Positions 27,201-39,200 of a DNA stretch of 64,000 bases are shown piece after piece. The position numbers were made by a program, and so were the translations under genes. Below the pieces are notes generated by a model. It saw only the letters and a program-made list of their open reading frames with translations. It was not told the origin of the DNA and did no database searches. The stretch is from Tubiluchus corallicola (Eukaryota; Animalia; Priapulida). The DNA lies in NCBI GenBank assembly GCA_030141605.1, contig JAQGDQ010000046.1, forward strand, positions 248,001 to 312,000, in the 5' to 3' direction. Numbering within the stretch: the stretch's first letter is position 1; each line of letters begins with the position of its first letter.

Positions 27201-30200
27201 CCTCTGCCGAGGAAGTTACGCTTCAACAGAGTTTGTTTGTTTGTTTGGTTGTTTTTGGCTGTTATAGGAGTAAGCCGCAAAAGCTACCTAACAGATTTCT
27301 AAGAAAGTTTGTGAACAAAGGCGGGAATAGGGTGCCAAAATGAAACTCTAATCACCTGTTCTTTTTCGCAAAATTTGAACAAACACTACGTATGGAAAAA
27401 AACCTTTATGATGAACTTCATGGAGGTCTCAGAGGTAGGATTTAATTAATACTTCTATTTTATTATCTCCAACTGAACAAACAACTACGAGTTACAGTAG
27501 GTGCCGCTCAATAGACTCACTTTGGGACCCAAATGTTTTGACCCAATTAACCGACTGAACCTATTAACCGATGAGTGTAGTATTACTGGTATAGAAGTAT
27601 AAGTCATCAGCTTAGTATGCATTGCAAAGGTTTTTAATGAATTTTAGAAACGAAGTAATGCCTAAATTCTTTTGTGCAGTTAAAAAATTTTAAAAAATAT
27701 TTTAAAATATTAATTTATATAAGTGAATTAGCAATAAATTAAAAAGTATACTTTTTTAAATCACACAAGTCTGTTTATTTGCAAAAAATACAAGAAAAAT
27801 CCTTCAAAGTCAGCTGCTTCATTTTTCCGCGAAGAAGTTGGCTCACAAAGTTCTCATAATTATAAAAAGGTTGAAAATCTGTTGCTGTGTGATGCACGTA
27901 TTCTCCTAAAACATTTAGCACTTGTCGTGCTTGAGCATTTTTTTGCCAAATCTTCTGCTTTCTGTCGCATTAAAGGAGCATTCACTCGAGCATCTTTGTC
28001 TCTTGTGTTTGTAAACCACACTTTTAACGCTGACTCCACTTCACAGTCTTTTCCTGTGCATCTCCTCTTAGATGCTAGATTCTCATTTTGGCTTGCTAAC
28101 TGCTCAATTTCAGATCGTTTTTTCAAAATTCTGCTGAGAGTACTTTGGGAAATTTTCAACTGCGCTACTGTACACCTGTGCCTTATCTTTGGAAGTTTAG
28201 TGTACTGCTCTAAAATTTTCAGTTTTCTTTTAGCTGTTAGATCTTTACGTTTATGCTCCATCTTTCAAACTTGTTAACTCTATACTCTTATTTGCTGTAT
28301 GATGTTTACTCTTGTCACAAGGAATGCCGACTGATTCCCGCATCTTTGTACCTGCATCTTTGACTGTTAACTGATTAAGCGCGAAAGTGTGAAATGAGAG
28401 CTTCAAAAGGAAACCGCTAAGTGATTAAATGTTTAGCTTCCAGAAATTCTTGGGTAATGTTCAAAGAAAAACCACTATGCTAGCGTATTAGCGCATGATA
28501 AATGTACCTGCTTACAAACAAAATGGTACTTAAGATGATTGTTTCTACCAATATTATAGTGTACAAAAGTGAAGTAAAGATGACATAAGTAGGAAAGGCT
28601 CTTTGGGTATGTACAAATTACTTATTATAAATATGTTAAGGAAAGATATTAAGTCAATTATGCGTAGAAATTCGAGTCAATTACCGACAGTTTTTATGTA
28701 CATTTGCATAGAAGCGTACCAGGCGTTTTTGAGTCAATTAAGCGTTTGAGTCTATTAACCGTGAGTCTACTAAGCGGTGCCTACTGTAGTTCCAGTTCCA
28801 TTTCGAGAAATTCGCACTTGTAATTAAGGTGCATAGCTTTATAAGGTGATTTGGTATGTAAATACATATACATTATATGTAATATAAATCTATTACCATT
28901 GCCAAAATTAGTGGCTAAAAAGGTAGATAAACACTATGTGGAACATTTGTGTATTATTAATTATAAATCTATTTATTGAACAAATTTTTTTGTGAGTCTT
29001 TTACTACTTTATATAATACTAATACAGTTACATTTTTGTACGTTTGCTTGCTTATCTTTGTGTTAAATATTTTTAACCAAACGAATCAGATGAATAAATT
29101 TAGGATTGTTCAGCTTTGACAGAGATCTGTTTCCTACTGAGGGCATTATAGTTTTATTACAGAAATCAGTTGCATCAAAATAACATATGTGCCATTTTTT
29201 CCTGTGCCATTTTTACCTACTTTTTCATTTGTGCCATTTTTCCCGCACCAACTTTACCTGTTCCATTTTCTCCTGTGCCATTTTACCATGCAATTTTTTC
29301 CTGTGTCATTTTCATCTACTTTTCCACGTGTGTCATTTTTACACTGCACCGGAGTGAGTTTATTCTACAGTGTCTAACGACTCTTTAGCAAATCTCATAC
29401 AATGTGAATAACTGTTCCACTTAGTTTCAAGTCTAATTTTTGCCTTAGAAATACAATCAAAATATCCAGAAGAAGTGCAGCAAAATCCTTGCTTAATGAC
29501 TCCATTTAGCAATATTTTCTTTTAAAGACTCTGAACTGTGACAGCTTTTTCTACTTTAACAATCCATGTCATTTTAACGACAATTTTTGACCAAACATTA
29601 AGCATATAAATTTTGTTTGCACTCAACAAAAAAGCCAACTGCTAACTGCTATATCACTACAATAATTTTCCCTAGTACTGATTCTGTTAGCAGGCAGTCA
29701 AACACAGACTCCGGCCTGGCATACTGTAATGATGCATTGCTGTCACTTTCCTAGAGAGATAATAATTCTCCTGCTAAAATGTTCTCATATTATTCGTACA
29801 TACAGAATTGTAGGGTTAATTGACTGCATTTACCTCATTTGTATTCACATTTTTGCTGAAGCAATAAATTGCTGGAAAAAAGCAAACTATTTGGAATACC
29901 AAATGCTGCAATTAGTAAAAGATAATGTATGCATTTAAAAAAATGACCTTCAAACAGTGTTTGAATCGTTGATTTTTGTCCTTGGAGTGCAATAGAAAGC
30001 TTTTACATTATTTTCTATAGAAGCCTTGTTTCATATTGTTTCATTTAACAATGCATTTTGCTGTAATATTAACTTCGTTAAACATGGACTTATTGAAGCT
30101 GCACCACGTAAACTAGGTAAGAAATTGTATAACTACACACCCTGGCTGCACCATACTGTGGATGTATTCCTTTTTGCTGCAAAGGCAAATTCATTTGGAG

Positions 30201-33200
30201 CAAAACCGGCATGTACACAAGTCGCTTCCATTGTCTTGTAAGAGCCATCAAACCTGCAATTAAACAATGTGTATAGTCACAGTCTTGCACTACACGAAAC
30301 AGAATAAATATCAAAGGTGATTTACTTTTATTTGTTACACCCACGATTGGACTTAGAAATCATGAGGCCCTACTGAAAACAACTATCGTTTCACAGCTAA
30401 AGCCTGTAGAATCATAAAAATATACTATTGTAGGCTTTATATTTCTATGACAGTATCAAAAATAGTCAAAATATGATGCATGTGATTTAATGGATCAAAC
30501 AACGCATTTTACACAAAATTGCATGTATAAAATAAAATGTTAATTTGTAATGATACTCCTGTAATATTTGGTCAATAAACATACTACTAGTACTACTACT
30601 ACTATGTACTCCCGACAACCAGTAAATAAAATGTCTAGTTCATCACTGAAAAGTACAAAGTCACAGCATGACTTACTGTCTGTTAAATGATTTACTGAAA
30701 ATATCAATTTATGTTTTGTTGTGAAGAAAATGAAGATATAAGTGAAAAGCATCTGGAATCTGGAAACAAAATACCTTTTTTTGATTTCTAATAACTACCG
30801 AAAATTCACATGAATTATTAATTAAAATGAACAACAGTAACTACAGCATCAAGAAAAAAATTACACGTTATTATTTCATTTTATTATAAGAAATTTATTT
30901 TTTATACTTCTATCTCTGGCAAAGTTTTTGAAAATTCTGCGAAAGTCTAAACTTCAGCTAATTTCAGATTCTATGGACATGATGATCTGTTACAGTGCCT
31001 ATGTAGTAGCTATAAAAGCTAAAAACTGATGGCAAAAATACTAGCAATAACAGATTGCAAAAAATGGCAACAATCACTCTTTGTAATGCATTGTTGTGCG
31101 TACACGAAGAGCCAAAAATAAACTCCTCTGCTCTCTAGCTTTGGCCGCCTGGGAGAAACTGGTTCAAATACTTAAGGCCGGCCAGATTACACCTCAAAAA
31201 ATTATGCGAAAAGCAATAGGAAGCATTATTTACATTAGCTATTAAAAAAACTCAAATGCTTATTTTTAACTTCTATTAACAAAATGAGAAACAAAAGCCA
31301 TGGCAAAAATTGATGTAGCCTCTATACCTTTACGATGTCACTTTTTAAGATATCCTTAAAAATTTAATTTGTTGTACAATAAATAACACCATCAAACTGA
31401 AGAGTATAAAGGCCAAATATATTTTATCCCAAAACAGTTAAGCATCATCCTTTTTCATATTAGACATATAAGACAAATCTTATGCTTACCTGTCTGTAAA
31501 GTTTTCAAATCAGGTGCAACATCAGGTTTCACTGCTTGTTCAATATCATGCAAGTCAACTTTCTGTATGTAGCGGTGCAAAACATTGATAAGCTGAGAAG
31601 ACGGATCATCTTGATGAACGCGTGCTACAGAAGATAGCTTACCATATTTCTCCTATACAGAAAAAATGTTTGATACTCCACCACAAGAAAGCAACTTTTT
31701 TTCCAATAAACTTAAAACATACAAAGCCTAATTATAAGCACATATTATTTAATATACCTCGTAAGAATAATGCGACTTTAATATAATATATCTCACAAGG
31801 TACAGATATCTCACGTATGTGTTTTATCAAAGAAATAATTTCACTTATCAGAGCATAAAGCTGTGGTAAGTTTGTTAACCACTTTACTGCCATGCAATTT
31901 GTATTGTAACTGGTGTAGAGGAATATCTTAAGAACAAGAATACAGATAGTATGTACTTTAGTTATCAGATTACAGCAACTTCTACTACATCACCATTACT
32001 TTTACTATCACAGCTATCATTGTCATCAACCATCGCTGTTGCAAGTAGCATTGCTGCTGGGGTAATTTGGATATTAAGCACGACAGCACAGTCTTGTCAT
32101 GTAGGCCAGTCAGAATAGCACTCTCAGGAGAGGCAGTGAAGTGGTTAAGATAAATTGCAAAGCAAATGCTTTTTTTAAAATGTGTATGGTGACATACCTT
32201 ACGAGGCACATGTATAGTCTGCATTTCCAAAGCTTCAGTCATCATATAAGCAAGCAAACTGTTACTTCTCTGACGAGAATCTTGTGTAAATCTTTTCATG
32301 GCTTGCACAAGTTTATCACCTGGGCTTAGCCAAGCATCAATTGCTGGAGTCGCCGTGCTTAGTAAGTGCCAATCCAGTCTAGCAAAATAGTCACAGTTTG
32401 TATTAAAAAATTACAAATGCAAGTTCGTGAAAGTCGATTTTAGTCACTTTAATGTCACATGTTTTTTTAAATCCCTTCTTAAAACGTGAGTTATGAAACC
32501 ATATATCAACGGCTCAGAATATGGTATGAACACATACCTCTGAGGAAAAAACAAATCAACTACAAACCATGCTTAAGACATTACTCATAACACGGGCAAG
32601 CCAAAATCATTACCTTGCAGAAGATTAGTACATTTGTGTCAAATTATAATGATCTTAGTTGCAGATTAAGGCAATTGGAATAACAAACAAAAATCATATG
32701 TTTACAGTTAGTCAATTTTTGTGGTATCAAATTTTGAGTTATTGTAACATACCGTGTAAACTCCATTTTACGGCCGCCTGCCGTTGGAGGTGGGGCAGCA
32801 AAATTCAACCAAATTTGGCCAAAATTTATTTTGCAGGAGGCAGCATCCCCTACTAATGGCTGTTGATTTTTTTTCGCGTCAGTTTCATCAGTGCTACCCT
32901 AAAGCAAAAAAATAAGAAAAACAAGAAATACAATGAGAATTTTTGAAACCTACTAATATGGGAATCATAAGTTAACATGCATGTGACATTTTATGCAAAT
33001 AAACAGTCAGCAATTGTGTGTAGGATAGTTTAAATAAAACTGTATATTTGACAATTTTAGTCTAGGCCCAAATCCTGAAAAGTGCTTCTATAAAGTTCTA
33101 GGGGCATTTTTTCTAAAAGTGGGCAATGTAGCCAGTCTTATCAAGGGGGCCAATCCGACAAAAGCTCATGCCGCTGGCTTGAGAGATTAATGGAAATGGT

Positions 33201-36200
33201 CGAAAATGCAAAAAAACAAAAACAAAATGGCTACAAAGTTTTTGCGCACACAATGTAAGTCAAAAAATTAATATTATGAAGCGATGATGACATAGATTTC
33301 AGCGCATTTGCAATCAATCTATTTCTGTTGCTTTTGGTACAAAAATGGTGCTGGTTTTCAAAACGGCCGCCACACAAAAAGAAATTATGCCGATCAATTA
33401 TATTACCTGTTTCATCTAAAGATTTATTATAAAAACAGTAAGCAAGTCATTTTTATTAGTTCGACCTTGTTGAATCTAAATACAACTAGACTAATAACTA
33501 ATAATAAGTATTAAGCAAAAAAATGGCCGCCGGGTCGCAGACGTATAGTCTAGCAGAATCATGAAAAATTGCTCACTTTGTCTAAAAGTTTTGAAATTTA
33601 GCACAATGCTAGAACCCCTCAAGGTGAGTCCATAATCCAATATGGGCACCATTTTCGACTACCAATAAGGTGGCTCGCTAGCGCATAAAGGTTATATCTT
33701 AACTATTAGAACAGATAAGATATTGATTTTGGTGTCCAAATATAGGTTTCAATGGTCAAGAAACCTATAACTAATGCTCAAACACACTTATGTGCCCTAG
33801 CAACTAAGACACAGCTTTAAAAAACTAGCAACAGCCTTCAATCTTTAGGCAATTTTGAAACGGCAGCAATACTGAATGATTTTCCTTTGGCTTCATATCC
33901 AAAATTAAACACTTTGATAGGTTTTAGCTTTGTGCGAAGTACTGTACTGTAACTTTCAGATGAAGTGAGCATGTTTTTTTCGCCGTTCTACAGGAGACTA
34001 TTACTTTTGGATGCAGGTCAATTTTAAGGTAACTGCCAAAATGGCCGCTGCAGCTAGTGTAATACATTAGCTATATTGCATGTTCTAAGGCAGAGAGAAT
34101 GATAATTTTATCTAGATATAGGATTTAAAAGTAAAAGCTATAGATTAGTGTCTAGTGAGGTCGCCACTTTCAAGATGACCGATATCCAAAATTAATCACC
34201 TTGATTAGTTTTAACATTGTGCAAAGTTGTGTAACTTAAGCGAAAAGACCAAGTTTTTCACCATTTTGCTAGACAATTATGTCGGATCTTTACAGCCATT
34301 TTGTTTTTTAGTTATTGGGCTGTTTGAATTGCATTGTATTATTTTGGGGCACCTAGCAGCTTTCTGGATTCAAGATGTCCAGTTGATTGTTTTTTTTTGT
34401 ATAATGAATCTTATGACGAAACAGTTATAGTAACGGCATGATCGGCATTATTTCGTTATCTAGTAGCAGCCATTTTTGAAATGAAAATGACAGAAATGGG
34501 TTTTTCGGGTCCAAAACCCTGGAATAACTGTTATATTGGCTTCTTGTGTTAATTTTCTGAAAACTTCTTTTAATTTATGTTGTTTGTGCAAAAAAATTGG
34601 TGGCCATTTCGTTTTTTGCATTTTAACCACTTTCTGCTAATTTCCCCTTGAGGTCGCAACAGTGCGTTTCGCATTCCACATAGTTAAATTGATAAGACTG
34701 GCTATCTTGCAAACTTTTAGAAAAAATGCCTCTAGGGTTCCACTTTTCTGAAAACGGGACTAGACCATTTATTAATTTTGCATTCTAAAATGTGCAAGTT
34801 TGAAAATAAAAAAACATTTTTGGTCATTCAAAAGTGGAAAAATAGAACTTGAAAACAACTGGCATAGTAATAAATGCAATTTATGTACACTAAATTATAT
34901 GACAAATTCAATAAAAAAATTTCAAACTCTAAAGTTGCTTTTAAATTGTTTAAACATGCATTATGGTATAAACCATAAATACATAAATTATGGGACTGCA
35001 TTTTTGGTTATTTATGGTAGTTTACCTGTAGTTTATGGTAGTTACCTGTCACATTTCTAGTACTGCCAACAAAGACTTACAAATTAAGATTTATTAACGT
35101 AATAAACAAGCAAATTGAACTAAGATTCAATCACAGACACTGGATCAAAATAATCCTTACCTTTACAGTACCACTGTAGGCAGAGCTTCCAAATTCGGAC
35201 ACATCTGATGGGACGATGTTGCTTGGTTTCGGTGGCGAATCAGCAGCCCGCTTTTCCCCACCAACCAATGTTTCTTCAGACCCAGACATAGACTCTCCAA
35301 ATCCAAATCTTCTAACCGCCTTCAAAGAGATGTTCTCAATACCTGCCTCAGACATTATGAAACCTGCTATGTCTTGTTCATCAACTTCAAAATTATCTGT
35401 TGGTGTTTCATCTAAATTCTTAGATAAGCCTGGGACTTTCTCGAAGGTAAATAATACACGAGACCTATAAGTTGGAATGACTGTTAGCACTGCCTGCTTT
35501 ATTACATCAGGCGTATTCTGCATCCGTCTTAGCTGCATATGTATAGACCGGATATGCAATGTTCCAGCAGTTTCTTTGGTTTTTGCCTCATTTGTCACCT
35601 CTCCATGAATACTCGCCTCAATGCTACCTTGATCACCCCTAATTTTCTTATCAGTTCTAGTTAGTGTGGCTTGAGGCGTTTCCAGTTTACGGTGCTCTAC
35701 ACTTCGGCGAGTATGTTTCTTGTTGTAATATTGAAACGACAAAGTGTTGAAGCAAACAGCAAAAAGAGAGACACAAGTCAAGTCTTTCACATTATCAAGT
35801 GCTGAAAATGTTATAATTTCCTCCACAATAGAAACTTGCAGCACACAAATATTAACCTAAAGCAAAAAAGCATGGCATGAACATTGTTAGCTACAGGAAT
35901 CACGTGTTTTTACTGAATTGTAATCAATTTAATAAAGTGGACAGTAATAAAGTAATACCATTTTATTTCCACTAGTACATTCTAGCAAATTGTGGGGTTA
36001 CGTGTTAAATGTAGTTGAGTACTTTAATTATTTATTTTCTGTCTGAAATTCAAAATATGAATCTTACTCTGGAAACAGTAAAAAATGCCTGCAATGCAGA
36101 ATTTTTTTCTTCTACTTTGGATTTCTTCTCACTGTCCTGTGATGATTGCTTTTTCATCTCTTTCTTGCTTCCGCTACTCGTCTTCAAGGCACCAGCCTCA

Positions 36201-39200
36201 GATTTTTGAACATTGTCTGTTTTAACATTGGAACCGCATTTGATGTGAATTCGATCCAAGACAGATGAGGGATGTTCAGTAGCATAGGAAGATGTCAGGG
36301 TTTCGACAAACCTGTAAGTGTTGCAGGCAAGAATGTACATTAAAGTATGACTTCACAGACATCTTGACTGAATGCACTGCAGATGATTTGAGCAAAAAGA
36401 CAATAGCAGCGATAAAATGATAAATTTGAAATAAACTGTCATATAACAAGGCACAGTTACAACAATAAAAATTAGTATCAAAAGCTGTTAGAAATCCTAT
36501 AGCACTTTGTTGACTGCTGTTAACAGTTGGCCGAATAAAAATACATGGTGCTGAAGACGAAACATTGTAGTATAAATATACTGATATACTTAGGTTTGTG
36601 AGAGCACAAAAACCAAGTTTAGGTAAGAAAAGTAGAGTTATGTATATAATATTATTTTTACATCACTACAATGTCATGCAAAAGTCCAGGTTCATTTTCG
36701 ACAAAACAATTCAACAATAATAAGACTTTTTAATCACAGCATCCACCCTCATGAACTTGCATGTTTTTTCATAACATGCAGATTCGTTGCCGTTTATGTC
36801 TGTAACCTGCAAACAGCCTATATTTATGTATAATCTCTTATTAAATGACTTACTGCTCAACCGGATCATTGTGATTTGAAAAGCATACTTCAGCAGGTCA
36901 CGATATTTGTACTGCACTGTTTCTTCTGGAACATTCTGTATAAACGCTGCTAATGCAGAACCACAAGCATTTTCACTTACAGTAACATCTCTTTTACACT
37001 CACATATCATACACTTAAAGAGATCATCATAAAGCATACTAAGTAACTTGCCTTTGTACAATTTCAAGTACCAATGGTGAAATAACAGCATCCACTGATC
37101 CCTTCAGCCTCACGATGGCAGTAGTTTTAGTTGCACCTTCCTCATCCTCCATTGATTGGAAAAGGGCACCTGAAATGTAAGAAAATTGACTAGAATTTTG
37201 TTTCTGCAGTCCATCTAGTAAGCAATTCTAAGATTAGGAACCACTGACACAAATTAAGTCTAAGGCACAGACAACACATTTTTTTAAGAAGTAAATGACT
37301 TGCAAAAATGTGATAGTAAATAAAAGTAAATTAAATTAGTATAGCTCTTACTTCACTAGTTTTAACCTTTAGACATCACTAGAAAAGCTTAAAAAGCAAA
37401 GGCAGGCCACTAAGTACCTTCATTATCATCAGTAAGGTCACTAGCCTCTTCCTCAAGCATTGCCGGAAATTCAAATCCATATGCTCCAAATCTCTCAACA
37501 GGTGTGTCAGGTATTTTATTTTCTTCCTTCTTTACCATATGGCAAGCACTAATGCCCTCTAACACAGATGAGAATTGAGGAATAAAGCATGGACTTGGGG
37601 GTTGATCCACAGCACCACATATGTAAGCGCTGAATGAATGCGATTGGGTATAGCTCTGTTTTGTCAAATATGGTAGGGGAGGCGGAGCGTTCCAGAAAGA
37701 GACATGGGATTGGGGAAGATTTGCTAAGTAGCACGACATGAGGATGTGTGATTGGGTGATTGGTTTATTTAACTGTCCACGTAAATCCACCAGCCCAGCA
37801 CTGTCTTGCGATGACACAGCCGACGTATATGAGGCTTCAGATAATGAATCTACACTACGACGACGTCGGGATTCCTTTGCCCCCATGACAATGGCTGTAT
37901 CTAAATAAGAATGTTGAACATGCAGGATTAATTTTTTATAACAATTTTGTGAGATTTTATATATAAATCAGTTGATTCTTTACATTAAGAATTCAACAGC
38001 AATGTTGTGAGGAAAACATCTATAAAAAACTATACTATTCAATCCTTTATGTGGTATTTAAAGCGCTAATTTCAAGGTACTTTTCATTAATTAAAACCAC
38101 ATTCACGATTTATCATCATCTATTAACCTGAAAACACAGATGCTGATCAATGGTTCTGCGTGCTGATAAACACAAAAACTGTTTGCCAAGCATTAAAAAT
38201 TTTCTCCTAAATTAATTAAAATATTAATTTGAATCAATATCAATTTATTCATAATTTGCTTTGTATTCTGTTTGGAATGACAGGGATGTTAACTTGATTA
38301 TGCCAGTTGTTATAGTAATAACACAGTATGATTTCTACAAAGTTACGCTGCAAAATATGCAAATGGTTTTAAAGTGAATAATTTGGAATTTACTGAGGAA
38401 AGGACAATAAACCAGTTGAGTACCGAATCTCTTTGTAAGTGATTTCTTTCACCATTAGCACTGCTTTTAGCTTAACTGTTAAGCCAAAACTATTTTTAAA
38501 AGTAAGGAGACAGTGAAAAAGTAAAAAGAAAATAAACAAGATTTTTGCACCAAAATCTAGGAAAAGTTTTAAAAATGCCCAAACAAACAAACAAGTAGAA
38601 CATAACAACAAAACCAGAAAATTTCAAGCAAATCTCAAACAAAGATAATAGCTTTCATTTACCTGACTGACGAGTAGTCACTGGGTGAACCTCATCTACT
38701 GCGGCAATCTGCATATAAGATGTGATGCTAGATGATGGAAATGACTGTGATTCACTGCTCGGTTTATACACTGTTTTAATTTCATACTCTGAATATCCTA
38801 TGAACCATTGCACAATTAATTAATTCTGCAGTACTACCAACAAAAATGTGTTCAACTTCTAATTTTATTATAACACATGTAATGTGCTAGACTACTAGCA
38901 TTGCACATTCTGATTTATTTCTCCAACAAATTTAGTTATGTGCACAAAATGCAATCTGCAATCATAGTAAAAAGTAGCTCAGATATGCAATAAACTGACT
39001 GACACATTCAACTACAATTATGCACCAGCACTTTTCTAAAACTTCGCATCTTAAGAGCCTGTATTGTTAGCAAGCAATATTTACGCTTTAATTATTTCAG
39101 GTTACACAGACGACACACTAAAAGTTTGCAACGTGAACAGAATGTAAAAAATTGAAAACTTAAAAAGATCTTTACTGCGTTTTAGCAGCCTACAGCACTG

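Larger units (their letters stand above)
27050..29352. mobile_element. Foldback-type element with inverted arrays of ~14-15-bp AAAATGGCACAGG repeats
   Basis: Left array 27051-27140 (AAAATGGCACAGG) and right array 29187-29345 (CCTGTGCCATTTT) are reverse complements; exact termini unclear. Confidence 0.65.

Noticed and set aside
27051-29345. Short repeat arrays as a possible CRISPR array
   Set aside because: There are no unique spacers and the context is a eukaryotic intron; they are inverted subterminal tandem repeats.
31985-32197. Read-through of exon 29 into its intron (~70 codons)
   Set aside because: A strong donor and a conserved next exon exist, and the extension has no recognisable features.
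36711-37091. 126-aa ORF over exon 25 and the GC-AG intron
   Set aside because: It is in a different frame from BLTP1 with no recognisable motif, so probably chance.
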